The notes under the pieces: generated by a model | The model's database searches: none | The model's input: only the letters and a program-made list of their open reading frames with translations | Told to the model about the DNA's origin: nothing | Source: Gekko japonicus | Lineage: Eukaryota | Assembly (NCBI RefSeq): GCF_001447785.1 | Contig: NW_015169777.1 | Location: 1-64,000 of the forward strand | DNA: 64,000 bases | Direction: 5' to 3' | In this document: positions 11,401 through 62,008 of the stretch, in pieces | Position numbering within the stretch: the first letter of the stretch is position 1 | How the letters are laid out: each line of letters begins with the position of its first letter | Translations under genes and position numbers: made by a program

Positions 11401-14400
11401 TTGGAGGTCCAAAATGAGCATTGTCCTTGCTTTGACATTCTGACATTCTTACAGATGTTTGCACTAGCACACACTGGTAAACTTAAAGGATCTGCCGGTA
11501 TATCCACTGCTCGTGAGGCAGCCTCTGTGGCAAACACCAGGCAATTGGCTGAAGGCCTGTTGTTGTTACCCTAACTGTAGCCTGCTTGGGAAAGGCTCTC
11601 TTGCCGACAGTTACGAGTCCTTTTGTTCCAGGTCAGCCAAAGTAGCATCACCATGATGTCCTCTCCTTCACCAGTCCAGCAAGCCCAGACATCCCAGCCA
11701 ATGCTTCCACCACCTCAGCCACAGCCCTCTCCCCAGCCAGGGCAGCCGACTTCTCAGCCCAACTCCAATGTCAGGTAAGCTTTGCAGGGGGAGCGAGAGC
11801 ATGCTGGCTCTAACCGATCAGGTTTTATCTACAAGGGTAAATGGCTGCCTCTGCTCACTTCAGTGCAAAATGTCTTCCTCTTCTTTCAGCTCTGGTCCAG
11901 CCCCTTCTCCCAGCAGTTTCCTCCCCAGTCCATCTCCGCAACCCTCCCAGAGTCCAGCAGCTGCACGAACACCGCAAAACTTCAGTGTCCCTTCTCCACT
12001 CAATACACCAGGTGGTTTGTATGGAAATGCAATTAGCAGTCCAAGAGCGGGTTCTCTTCTTCCTTCTTAACCAAGTCTTTGCCCATAGTGAACTTTTTTC
12101 ATGAACACGGTTGAAGGAGCCTTTTTAAAGCCAGGGTTGGTGGAACGGGTGAACATTATACTTTGTACCTGATAGGCAGATGGTGATGTTTTCTTTCCCT
12201 GATCTCTTCTGTCAAATTCCTTTTCTCTGATACTGAAACAACTAGGAATAGAGAAAAATCTGCCCTAGGCTCTTCTAGCACCTTTCCCTGCCCCAGCCTG
12301 GCCAGTCACATTTGCAAGATTGAAGCTTCAGGGGTAGCAGCAGGAAAGGTGGGAAAGAAGGTGTGAGTGCTGTAGATTAGATTGGGCCAGACCATGTATG
12401 AGGGATAGGGGAAGCTCAGGGCAGGCCTTTGTACCTTCTGGCAGCCTTGGACTCAACCTGTGATCTCTTTCTGCTTTGAAGGCAACCCCAACTCAGTCAT
12501 GAGCCCAGCCAGCTCCAGCCAGTCAGAGGAGCAGCAGTATCTAGAGAAACTCAAGCAGCTGTCCAAGTATATTGAGCCTCTCCGAAGGATGATCAACAAA
12601 ATAGATAAGAATGAAGGTATGTGTGGCCCTTCCAGTTCTCTGTCCTTTCTGAATCTGGGATGGGGAATGAGATGGGAATCAATAGGAAACCACTTTACTG
12701 TCTGGTAAACACACGCCAAGTTGGATCCTTCGAACACTGAGACTCTTCAGCAAGAGGGTGCAGTTTATGGCGGGCTGGCTAAAGGTCCTGGGATATGTAT
12801 GGGAATTGCATTGTCTAGGGCTGCTGATAAACATGTTCAGCTACACATGGAGTTGCCAGTAGCCTGCCTTGAAAACTCTGTACCATTGTGGGTACAGGAC
12901 AAGGAAGTGCCATGTCAACTGTCCTGGGCTTTGAACATGCTCATTTCTATCAGTCAAGCATGCTCATTTCTATCAGTTGCCAACATCCTTAGAAACAGTA
13001 CCCCTTTAATATGCAGAATGACTTAGGGTTATTCTGTAGCTAAACTGCAGTTTGTTGGGCCAGGCTGGATCCTGTGCACACAAGGAGGCCTAAGGCCTAC
13101 TTCTCCATCATCTTGCTTTCCAAAAGGAGGATGGTGGTGACAATGGTGCCTTACAGTGGGTGCAGACTAGCAGTATTCTTGTGCTATCTGTTGCAAATCT
13201 TGTCAGGAAGGTGCAAGTCTGCTTTTTTGACATGGAAATTTGAGCTTGAGTGAAGAGGTTCAGACATTCTGGTTGGGCTGGGCAAATACCTATGGCAGTT
13301 CCTCTTTTAAAGCATTGACCTGCCCCTTCATTGTCCATCACAGCCTGAATTTGCAGCTCTGCTGTCTGGGGTGAATCCATCCATCCATCCTTCTAGCTCA
13401 CTTCCTTAAGTAGAGGCTAAACCTGGCTAGCTTGCAGTTTCAACTCAGTTATCTTTTTTCTCCACTCCTAAATGCACCCTATATTTATTGGTGCATATGC
13501 TGTAATGCAAAACAAACAAATACCCAAGTCTGCAACTCAGCAGGAGGAAAAGGGAACATGCACATCTTGAAATATGTGAAGTTTTAGCACCTGGCCTGTG
13601 GAGAACAAACTTGAAATAAAAAGGAAGCTGAAATGCTAACGTGGCTGCCCCTGTTGAGCCGTGCATCACTCTTACTCGCAGGATAATTTAGCATAGCTGC
13701 ATTTCTGAGGTGTCTCTTGCTTTAAGTTAGACAGGAAGAAGGACCTGAGTAAGATGAAAAGCCTTCTGGATATTCTGACTGATCCTTCCAAACGGTAAGC
13801 TTTACTTCCACCCTACCCAAAAGTTGAATTCCTTCCTTCCAAACTCATTGCCTTCAAAACCCTTATTATAAATAAGAAAAATGTGAAGAGTCCTGAGGTA
13901 GCCCCATTCATCTGCTGGAGTTTCCATCAGCAGAATCGGTTTCTTGCTTGGCAGTAATGGGATAGAATGAAATGCTCCTGAATCGAGCATACCTTGTGCT
14001 TGCTGTTCTGCAGTTCCATTTTCACTTGTTGTGTAAGAAAGGCTCCTTAGATGAGTTTTTGGCATTTATCTGAGTAGCTGTGCTTTTTCTCTGGGCTCTT
14101 TGTTCTGTTCTTTCGTATTTAAGTGTGCCACAAGTAAGAGCTGAGCAAGTTAGCAGGTGCCCACAGCTTCAAGAAACTTCTTCCTGTCCTCGTCTGCCCT
14201 CCATGAGCAGCTCCAAGGGGATGAGAGGGAGTGTGCTGGGCAAGAAATCCCAGGAACTGCCGGTAGCTGCCGTACCAGTCCTTGGGCAGCCAATTGATCC
14301 ATGTGTTACTAGACTGCATATTTGCTTTAGTCACATTTCTGTGAATTGGGTTGAGGGGGGGATTGCTTTCCCTTCTCAATGAGCACACTTAACCACGGCA

Positions 14401-17400
14401 CTAATGTTCACAAGCTCTAAGAATGTCATCCTCCTTTCTTCACAGCTGTCCTCTGAAGACTTTGCAAAAATGTGAAATTGCTCTGGAGAAGCTCAAGAAT
14501 GACATGGCTGTGGTAAGCAGTGTGGGTGTGGGTGGAAGACAGGGATAAAGAGACAGACTGATGCTGTTGTTTCTCTCCCCTGCCATAGTTTATTTCCTGT
14601 TATATTACAGAAACCAAGAATAGCACTGGCCTTTCCCTTTGACATCAGGCTCACAGGCTCTGTCATATGTCCAGGGGAATTCCTTTTCTGAGGGTTTTAT
14701 CTGAGCCCATAGTTATGTGGATGTGTTTGGGTGCCCATGGCTGGGTGAGCAAGAATTGTCCATCAATAAAACCTAAAGATCCTAGAAAGTGGAAGCCGGT
14801 TTACAAGGCCAAGCAGAATAGGTGAACTGGGGCAGCTAGGGAACAGGGATTACATGGCAGGAAGCCAGTCCATGTACAATAATGCAGTTTCTACTGTCTG
14901 ATTCAGTCTCTGTCAACCAAATTTGATGTGGGTAAAGGGTGTGTGTAGTTAGGGGGCGCATAGTGGTGCTGTGGATCTCTGCAGGAAGTTGCCTGAGCTT
15001 AGTGAACCAAAATGGATGTATTCTGTGAGCCAGTGCTTTTCAATGGATGATTGGAAATATATTTTTTAAAACGCAGTAACGTCCAGTGACATTTATAGGA
15101 CTGCATCCTCCTAAGAAATGTATTCAACATCTCTCTCTCAGCCCACCCCCCCACCTCCTGCATTGCCTCCCACCAAACAGCAGTATCTGTGCCAACCCCT
15201 GCTCGATGCAGTGCTGGCAAATATCCGTTCCCCTGTATTCAATCATTCCCTCTACCGGACCTTCATGCCAGCTATGACAGCTATCCATGGCCCACCTATC
15301 ACGTATGTATCACGATTGCTCTTTCTGTCCTGTTTGGGGGTGTGTGTGTGTTAAACTTTATATCACTGTTTAGGATGACACAGTAGGCCTAAAAGTTTGC
15401 TTTTATGTTCTTGTGTAAATCTGCAGACCTGCATTTTTCACTGTTCCGGTTAACTTAGTTTTCAGCCTTAAATGATAACTTACAAATAAATGGCCTTATG
15501 CCCAGAATAAATTTAAGAACAAATGGAACAGATGCAACAGTTGTTCTTTGGGATGATCAGAGGTGTTTTACATTGTGCCTTTAGAGACCATGAATCAAAT
15601 CGTTCATATGTTGGTCTATATTAGCTTCTGTATGACCTGGCCACAGCCTGTAACCTCTGAAACTCTCTGATTTGGAATTCAGTGAAATCTCCGTAATAGA
15701 CAAAGCTCTGTGTAAGACGCTTTGAAAAGCACATTTATTACATAATCTTTTTTTTTCTAAAAGTCAGTTTAGGTAGAATAGAATGATATGCGTGCTTATA
15801 TAGGATTGATTTCTGTGGGGTATACCAGTATTCTGTGTATCAATTTAATGTTGTGTTTAATCAGATCTTGAGGGATCAGATTACTTTTAAGTAAAAATTT
15901 TAATTAATACATTGGCTGCTTATTGGGAAAAACAGGGTTTCACTTTGAACCTGGAATAAACAAACAAACCTCAGTATTGTCCTTAGAGACGAAGGGCTGT
16001 GCCTTGCAGATTGAACATTGTAATCAAGCAGTATTGTGATTTAGTGGTTAATGCATTGCTTTAATTCAGTCAGAGGTTTTTAATCTCCATGTGGCTGTCT
16101 AAAGTAATGCCCCCTCACAGGTGGGTCCCAGCAGCCACCATAGTCCTTCCCTACAGCTGTTGAGATGTTCAGTCTGAAGGTGGATCTTTTGGATTGGGAA
16201 ATACAGCTGTTTGTGTGGTGGCACAAGCTTCCTGGACTTCATTAGATGTGGGCACCTGATGTAGTCTACAAAAGGAGATGTAATCATACATCTGCTAGTG
16301 TCTAAAGTGCCACAAGACACTCTTTATTGCACCAGACCAACTTAGCCATCCTCTATTTTGTTTTGGCTGTTCCCAAATGTTAAATAGCACTTTTTTTGCT
16401 GTTCTTGTTAGACCTTTGTCAATAGATGTCTTGCATCTTTTTCGCAAATAAACTAATTAACCTCCATTTCCTCTCATATTTCTCTCTGGTGTGTGTTTGT
16501 GCTTCATAGGGCTCCAATATCTTCCCCTCGGAAGCGAAAGTATGAAGAGGATGAAAGACAAACCATACCGAATGTATTACAAGGAGAGGTTGCTAGACTG
16601 AACCCCAAGTTCTTGGTAAACCTGGATCCCTCCCACTGCAGCAATAATGGCACAGTCCACCTCATATGCAAGCTAGGTAAGCAAGAAGGAAGAGCTGTTC
16701 TGGGTTCATAGGAGTAGGAGCATCTGCACTGTCAGAAATCCCACACCACCAGTGTTCCCTCTAAGCTGAGTTAGTGTGAGCTAGCTCACAGTTTTTTAGC
16801 CTCCAGCTCACACATTTTTGTTTCAGCTCAGGAAGGATGGCTCCAGAGCAAAATGATTTATGCAGCAGCCAAATCGCTTGCTCAGAACTTTAATGTCAGT
16901 AGCTCACAAAGTAGAATTTTTGTTCACAAGACTCCACAGCTTAGAGGGAACATTGCACACCACCTGCAGCAGATTGTTTGGTACAGGCTAGAAGTTTGTC
17001 CTTAGTTAAACCTGAGAGATTATAATGGGCTGTATAATAGTTCAGTCAGCGGTTGGCTGCAGTCTTTGTGCCCCACATTCCAGAGGTTAAATTACATTGC
17101 TTGACAAGCAGCTTTCAGATGGTGTTTGAAAAGATTTCTCTAGGTAATGCCAAATGTCTTTGATTTCAGATGATAAGAACCTTCCAAATGTTCCACCACT
17201 GCAGCTCAGTGTCCCAGCTGATTATCCAGATCAGAGCCCCCTGTGGATTGATAACCGTCAACAATATGGTATGAAAAGAGGAGGAGGGAAGAGATGGCAT
17301 GTTGGGTGGATGATTATGGCATCTATATTAATCAGCTTAACTTCTTAGATCTCATGGTGGAATAGGCTGGGGGGTGGCCCACTATTTTCTGAGCACAAAA

Positions 17401-17995
17401 TTAAGAAATAAGGAAAGATGAGAGACTAAGAAGTGAGTAGGGTGCTTAGGATATTCTCTCTTCCAGATTTTAAAGCTGTAAAAAAAAAGAAACTGGCAAT
17501 ATATGCTTTGGCCTTCAAAGCTGAGACTGCTTGTTCCTGAATTGCAGGCTGTGCATTCCATTTCACTGGTTTTCTAAGATGGCGGTGGCCATGCAGAGTC
17601 CCAGGCTTTGGCAATAAATCTGTGGAGAAAGACCGGCCAAGAGCTGAAATCCTACCTCACCCATAGTTTGGACAAGGCACTGCCTTTTGATCTAGGAGTT
17701 GCAGCAGATATTGGCTGCCTCCACATCTTCTAGTTTCAGGGCCTTTCTCCCCATACAACCCCTGGTATCCAGAGTCTTGACAACATACGTGCATGCTGTT
17801 AAGTCATGTTATTGTATTATTTTTCAAGCTTGGGCCCATCTTGCTTTTTTTTTTCCAGAAGCAAACCCCTTCTTGCAGTCAGTGTATCGCTACATGATGT
17901 CCAAATTGCTGCAGCTTCCTGACAAGCACTCGGTCACAGCGCTCCTCAACACCTGGGCACAGAGTATCCGCCAGGCCTGCCTGTCCGCTGCCTAA
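2342..17995 (+). CDS. MED15: Mediator complex subunit 15, 3' part; join(2342-2437,7552-7671,11632-11774,11890-12011,12482-12616,13731-13794,14446-14512,15142-15302,16510-16676,17170-17268,17859-17995); 5' exons lie outside the window
   Basis: 11 AG/GT-bounded exons with matching phases, 1311 nt in total. Peptides such as EEQQYLEKLKQLSKYIEPLRRMINKIDKNE, CPLKTLQKCEIALEKLKNDMAV and LPDKHSVTALLNTWAQSIRQACLSAA* match the vertebrate MED15 C-terminal half. Confidence 0.97.
4285..4535 (+). mobile_element. tRNA-derived SINE (Squam3/CORE-like)
   Basis: A box tggtgtagtgg, B-like gtttgattc, core cctcacagggtg and (CCT)n tail; related head at 32659-32803. Confidence 0.75.
4855..4993 (+). mobile_element. 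L2-type 3' tail ending in (TAAA)n
   Basis: gtaagccgccctgag...gggcggggtagaaat followed by a TAAA microsatellite. Confidence 0.65.
7552..7671 (+). CDS. MED15: MED15 120-nt exon (MITATMARGGMQIRPRFPPTTAVS...MPQ), probably a cassette exon
   Basis: cccaag| ... |gtattt, phase 0-0; matches human MITEALAQGGMHIRARFPPTTAVS. Confidence 0.92.
11632..11774 (+). CDS. MED15: MED15 exon (VSQSSITMMSSPSP...QPNSNVS)
   Basis: ttccag| ... |gtaagc, phase 0-2. Confidence 0.93.
11890..12011 (+). CDS. MED15: MED15 exon (SGPAPSPSSFLPSPSPQPSQSP...LNTP)
   Basis: tttcag| ... |gtggtt, phase 2-1. Confidence 0.93.
12482..12616 (+). CDS. MED15: MED15 exon (NPNSVMSP...KIDKNE)
   Basis: ttgaag| ... |gtatgt, phase 1-1. Confidence 0.96.
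13731..13794 (+). CDS. MED15: MED15 exon (RKKDLSKMKSLLDILTDPSK)
   Basis: agttag| ... |gtaagc, phase 1-2. Confidence 0.96.
14446..14512 (+). CDS. MED15: MED15 exon (CPLKTLQKCEIALEKLKNDMAV)
   Basis: tcacag| ... |gtaagc, phase 2-0. Confidence 0.96.
15142..15302 (+). CDS. MED15: MED15 exon (PTPPPPALPPTKQQYLCQPLLDAV...HGPPI)
   Basis: tctcag| ... |gtatgt, phase 0-2. Confidence 0.96.
16510..16676 (+). CDS. MED15: MED15 exon (APISSPRKRKYEEDERQ...HLICKL)
   Basis: tcatag| ... |gtaagc, phase 2-1. Confidence 0.96.
16750..16955. mobile_element. 206-bp hAT MITE, copy 1
   Basis: TIR CAGTGTTCCCTCTAAGCTG; perfect 8-bp TSD CACACCAC. Confidence 0.93.
17170..17268 (+). CDS. MED15: MED15 exon (DKNLPNVPPLQLSVPADYPDQSPLWIDNRQQY)
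   Basis: tttcag| ... |gtatga, phase 1-1. Confidence 0.96.
17859..17995 (+). CDS. MED15: MED15 last coding exon (ANPFLQSV...ACLSAA*)
   Basis: ttccag| then TAA at 17993-17995. Confidence 0.96.
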
Positions 17996-18768
17996 AATCA
18001 TGTCCCCTTGATGGGCCACAGCTGGAAGAACCACAGAAGCAGAAGCCTTAACTCATGTTTGTTTGCTAGGAGCCAGGCTTCATAAAGAGGGTCTGGCGTT
18101 AGGTTTAGCTCTTGTGCTCCTTGCCAGTGGCTGGATGCATATGATGGATTTGTCAAGGGTCTCAAGATGGACGTGTCAGCAGATTTTTTTAAAAAACATC
18201 TTCTTAAGAGAAGAATATCTGTAGACTTCTGTCACGGAGTCTTACTATAGGAAAAGGGACAGTGTCCTTCCGCCTTCGTCCAGTGCCAGATGTTATGTTA
18301 CGTGTATTTGGATGCCATCCTCACCTGAGGTTGCCTACAATGGGGCAAGACCATTGAGCTATTACTGATCAGACAGGTGATTGAGGAAGCAGGTAAGCTT
18401 TCCCTATTCTCCCACATGGCTCAGGTTGTCACTGAAAGTGTTACTAGTCACCTTGGGATTCAGCATGGCAGTAACTGACTTGCCTGTGGGTGCTTAGGGT
18501 GAGACAGAAGCTGCTTCACTGAGCACTGGGTTTGCATTCTCCTGCCTGTTGCTAGTCTTTGTGGAATTGCATTCTTAGAAGTATTCCTGTTTCCATGTGC
18601 TTCTGCTATTACCATTGCAGAAGTTCTGCAAACTGACTGATTCTCTTCAAAACAGGAACGGCTTGCTGTGTCAATTTGAGGACATTTTATAAATTGTACT
18701 TCGTAGGCACTGATTATAATACAAATGTCAATATTGCATACCTTGAACAACAGCTTTTGTTTTACTGT

Positions 18769-18774
18769 AATAAA
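18769..18774 (+). terminator. Probable MED15 polyadenylation signal AATAAA
   Basis: AATAAA about 770 nt after the MED15 stop, preceded by U-rich sequence. Confidence 0.6.
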
Positions 18775-19235
18775 TGTATTATTCCCATGTTGAACAGCCA
18801 TTTTCTCTTGCTAACCCACCACTGCTAGTTTTACAGCGGCCTGAGATGCTCATAATTGCCTTTACCAAAACCAGTTCCCAGCCTAGTGGTCTGATATAGG
18901 TTACTCTGAGTTGTTTGTATGTATTTTGCATGTAAAGCCCCCAAATTCTGTACCAGAGAGAAGTAACTTTCACTAGCATAGAAAGAGCTGCTGTTAAGAG
19001 AGGTAAGAGGGATATTACAGTTTTCTATAGCTTAAAACATCAGGTCTTACAGCTGAGTGCACAAAAACAGGCAGTTATTTATGTACTTAACAGAAAGTTA
19101 AATGAGAGAGAACATCAGGCCAAGACCCTGCTGGGAGAATAGTGCAAACTCATCCGGTATACAACGTGGGAAACAAACGTGGCTGGGGGTGGCTTCTGAA
19201 CCATTTGTAGAAGGGGACTGATTGAACTCTACTTG

Positions 19236-30279
<11,044 letters not shown>

Positions 30280-30538
30280 CCGGAGGCCGAGTCAGGCGGA
30301 GGTCGCGGGTCGGACAGCGAGCATAGCGAGCGGCTCCCCTCCGCTCTAGCCGGGCCCGGCCATAGCGCGGTGGCTCCTGCCGGATGAAGGAACAGAGTTA
30401 AGATGGGTGACTCGGACGGGACGGACTCGAAGCGGCCCCGCCCCCCTCCCTCCCTCCCTCCCTCCGCCAACCCGCCCTTCTTACCGATGTCCCCTGATGC
30501 GGCTGCGCCTCGCGGCTGTCTTCAGGCCTCGCTTGCCT

Positions 30539-30552
30539 GTTGCCAAGGCGAC
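30539..30552. promoter_or_regulatory. RFX X-box GTTGCCAAGGCGAC
   Basis: Fits the X-box consensus GTNRCC-N(0-3)-RGYAAC on the minus strand; lies in the CCDC74 promoter island. Confidence 0.65.
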
Positions 30553-31699
30553 GGGCGCGCAGCACAAGGGGCCTCGCGCGGGCGGAGGAGTTCCATGGGC
30601 GCCTCGCGCACGTCGGCGATAGCCACGGCCTCCGCTACCTCACGGGGTAGTTGCGAGGGAGAAATTGGGGGCTTAGCGGAAGGACGGACCAGTGAAGTCC
30701 TTGCGCGGCGGGGCAACTGCCTCTGAGCGGCCACTCTGCACATGTTCCGTCTGTGCACCTCCTGCTAAAGACGAGCTGGAGGCCAGCTGGAGTCAAAGCA
30801 AGCGGCACAGTTCAAAGGAGCGGCCCTCGAGCCTCTTTCCCCATCGAAGGAACTGATGTAACGCCACGCCCGCTGGCTCCCCGAGCCTGTGGCGCCAGGT
30901 GATACTAAAGGGAATGAGAGAGGACGACTCTTGGGGACACTTTGTTTTCCTCCGAATGACTGTAATAAGCTATTGAGTTGCTGAAGGATTATTGGAAAAC
31001 ACGAAAACAAAGGAAACTGGTAGCTCACCAATTGATCTTGAGGTGATTTGTCTCCAAATGGCCATATTTGAGAAAAATTCAAGACGGATTACAGGTACAC
31101 TCAAAACAAACAATTATTCAACACAGTCTTCCCTCATTTTTTTGAATCATTTCTTTCCAAGCAAGCTTTATGTGTGGTAATGTGAACAATGTACAGCACC
31201 ACTAAACAAGACAGTACCGTTTCTGCTCCCTCTCCCCATACCCATGGGCAGCAGCAACTCAGGGTGGGGCTTGAAAGAGGCCCCATTAAAGCCTTGGTGG
31301 AGAAAGTTTTCTATGAATGGGAAGCCTTGGGGTCAAGGATTTAATTTTCTTTGCCTCAAGAAATGAACAAAAGAACATTTGCCTCCTTAACTACTGGCAG
31401 ACTTAGGGGAAAACTCGGTTATATTTTTTTTAAAGAGTAGGGTGCTGAGTGAAATTGTTTCCCGCAGGCCTTACAAGTAATTTTCCATGTAGCTGCAGTG
31501 TGAGGTGAAAGCCACTTGGGCTGAAGGGACCCAAATGCAACTTGTTAAAAGTATCATAGTTGAGGTTGACAAAGTGGGCCACAAATTATTTTAGTAAGGA
31601 CTGTGAAGGACACCATATGAAGAGCCCTCCTGAAAGTTTCACATCCTTCCTTCGCTGGGGGAGGGAAGGAAATCCCTGAGTCCCCCACATGGTCTAGGG

Positions 31700-32013
31700 C
31701 AGGGGTCCCCCAACCTTTTTGAATCTGTGGGCACTTTTGGAGTTCTGGAACAGTGGTGGGCCCTGCCACTAAATGGCTGCTGCAGTTTACCTTCAGTCAC
31801 ACAGTAAAGAGCTTTGTGCTGTGGTGGCAGCTGCAGCCAAAGCAATGTTTTGAAAAATCTGCTCAGCCAATCAGCTCTCCAGTGGCTGATCAGAAGCCTT
31901 GCTGGGCAAAAGCCCTACCTGGCCCTGCCTACTTTCTAAAAACACTTGGCGGGCACCAGGAAAGGTACTGGCAGGCACCATGGCTCTCACGGGCACCATG
32001 TTGGGAACTTCCG
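31700..32013. mobile_element. hAT (Charlie-like) non-autonomous element
   Basis: CAGGGGTCCCCAAC end and a degenerate GTTGGGAACTTCCG end; GTCTAGGG-like target. Confidence 0.6.
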
Positions 32014-32116
32014 GTCTTAAGGCATAATCAGAGTGTAATGAAATGCGGGCAACATCTTTCACCTAAAGAGAGGGGATCCCTCCCTCAGTGAGGATCTTAT
32101 CACCTCTCCTCCCAAG

Positions 32117-32322
32117 CAATGCTTCCTCTAAGTTGTGGAGTCTTGTGAGCAAAAATCCTACTTTGTGATCTACTGGCATTAAAGTTGCAAGCAAGCGGTT
32201 TGGCTACTGCATAAATTAGTTTGCTCTGGAGGCATCCTTCCTGAGCAAAGACAGAAATGTGTGAGCCGGAGGCTAAAAAGCTGTGAGCTAGCTTACACTA
32301 ATTCAGCTTAGAGGGAACATTG
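32117..32322. mobile_element. 206-bp hAT MITE, copy 3
   Basis: Same TIRs; 8-bp TSD CTCCCAAG. Confidence 0.93.
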
Positions 32323-32330
32323 CTCCCAAG

Positions 32331-32943
32331 CAGGGAGCCCAGGAGATGGCACAAATGGTGGCAATGGCAGTTCCCCGCGCTGAGGCACTACAGCCCGTGG
32401 GAGGCCTGAGGAGGTCCGTTGCCGGCCTCCCGGGGCCCACGCCACAGCGCCGCAGCCTGTGGGGGGCCTGAGGCCCGTTACCGGTCTCCCGGAGCCCCCA
32501 TCACAGCACTGCAGCCCGTGGGGTGGCCTGAGGAGGCCCATCACCTCCCTCCCTCTCCCCATCTCTTTGCCCTCTTTCTTTCCCTCCGTCCCTTTTCTTC
32601 CTTTCGTTCTCTCCTTTTCCTCTTTCCTTCCTTTCTTCCCTTCTCTTTCTTTCTTTACAGAGCCAGTTTGGTGTAGTGGTTAAGTGTGCGGACTCTAATC
32701 TGGGAGAACCAGGTTTGATTCCCCAATCCTTCTGATGTGACCTTGGGTCAGTCACAAGCTCTGTGTCAGAGTTCTCTCAGCCCCACCCACCTCGCAGGGT
32801 GTCATTTTTGCTTCCCCATCTGCCATCACTTCTGGTGATGTCAGGGGGCATGCCATATGCTAATAAGCTATTATGCTAATAGCCTAGGAGCATACCTTAT
32901 GCTAATGAGCTCCTGCAGCTCTTTTTCTATGAAATGACCCCTG
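32331..32943. mobile_element. Probable second hAT-type element with an internal ~60-bp GC-rich tandem repeat and a SINE fragment
   Basis: Begins CAGGG, ends CCCTG, and is flanked on both sides by CTCCCAAG. Confidence 0.55.
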
Positions 32944-33801
32944 CTCCCAAGAATTGTTGCTGCTTGCTGTCCAGCTACTAGTCCATCCTCATCAGTGATG
33001 GCTCCCAGGTTCTGTCCTTTACAGCTCTAATTAAATAAATTTCAGGTAGCTGGGCTCCATAGATGCATGGTCTACGGCAGCTTAATACATTTGTTCAATT
33101 AGCCCTCACCACAGGAAAAAGGTCTAAAACAGCTGCTAATACTGCTCCCACACTTTTCGTACTTTGATTTATAAACAGTTTCAGTAGATGAAAGAACACA
33201 AAATCTGCTCTACTTTCACCCCAGAACAAAGTTTTCTCCTTATCACTTGCTAGTGAAGCAGATCATTGTATTCAACACAATCCAAGTTATTCTTTTGTGT
33301 CTGCCTTGAACCTGGCTTGCTTCTACCTCTACTACATGCTATCCCTCCCTACTCACTTTCAGTGCATTGGAGTCATGCAGATATTCACAATAAGAGTCCA
33401 AATTCTGCACAAATCCTTTCTCAACCCACATTCCAATATAGCAGCTTGGACAGGTCAGCTGGTCGCAAAATTGCAGAAAAAAACTAATTTGTTCATGCAA
33501 GTTATTGGACCGGAATACTGCACATATCTATATTTAACTCTATGCAGTGGAATTTTTATTTCAACACAAGTGCATGCTTGCAATGAAGGGGCCAACTCTA
33601 TTGAGAATATTTCCTCTGTAAACTGTTTAAGTTAATGAGAACTGTGCCAAAGCACCTCTATCATCATCAGGGATGAAAGCTACCATTTAACCTGCTTGAA
33701 ATAATTTATCTCATTGCTTTGCTGAACTAGTTGTAGTTTTACTGATGAAGCTAAAACCCTTCCCCCACTCTAATGTTAAACATACAAGATGGCCTGTATT
33801 T

Positions 33802-33807
33802 TTTATT
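33802..33807 (-). terminator. Candidate SMPD4 polyadenylation signal AATAAA
   Basis: tttatt on +, about 175 nt past the stop; a second candidate lies near 33555. Confidence 0.4.
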
Positions 33808-33980
33808 TAAAAGTTTATCAAAACAAATTCTACAGCTTTGTCAGTCATAAAGGTACAGCCTTCTGATTTCAAGTGTTTTACTTGATTAAAAATATATTTT
33901 AAGATTCCAAAAGATGTCCACACAGTCCACCCTTGTTGGTTTATCACTGGGTATGGGCAGGAGATCAATCTTGTAAAACA

Positions 33981-62008
<28,028 letters not shown>

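Noticed and set aside
32385-32545. CRISPR-like or coding repeat
   Set aside because: Degenerate tandem units without unique spacers, in a eukaryotic TE context.
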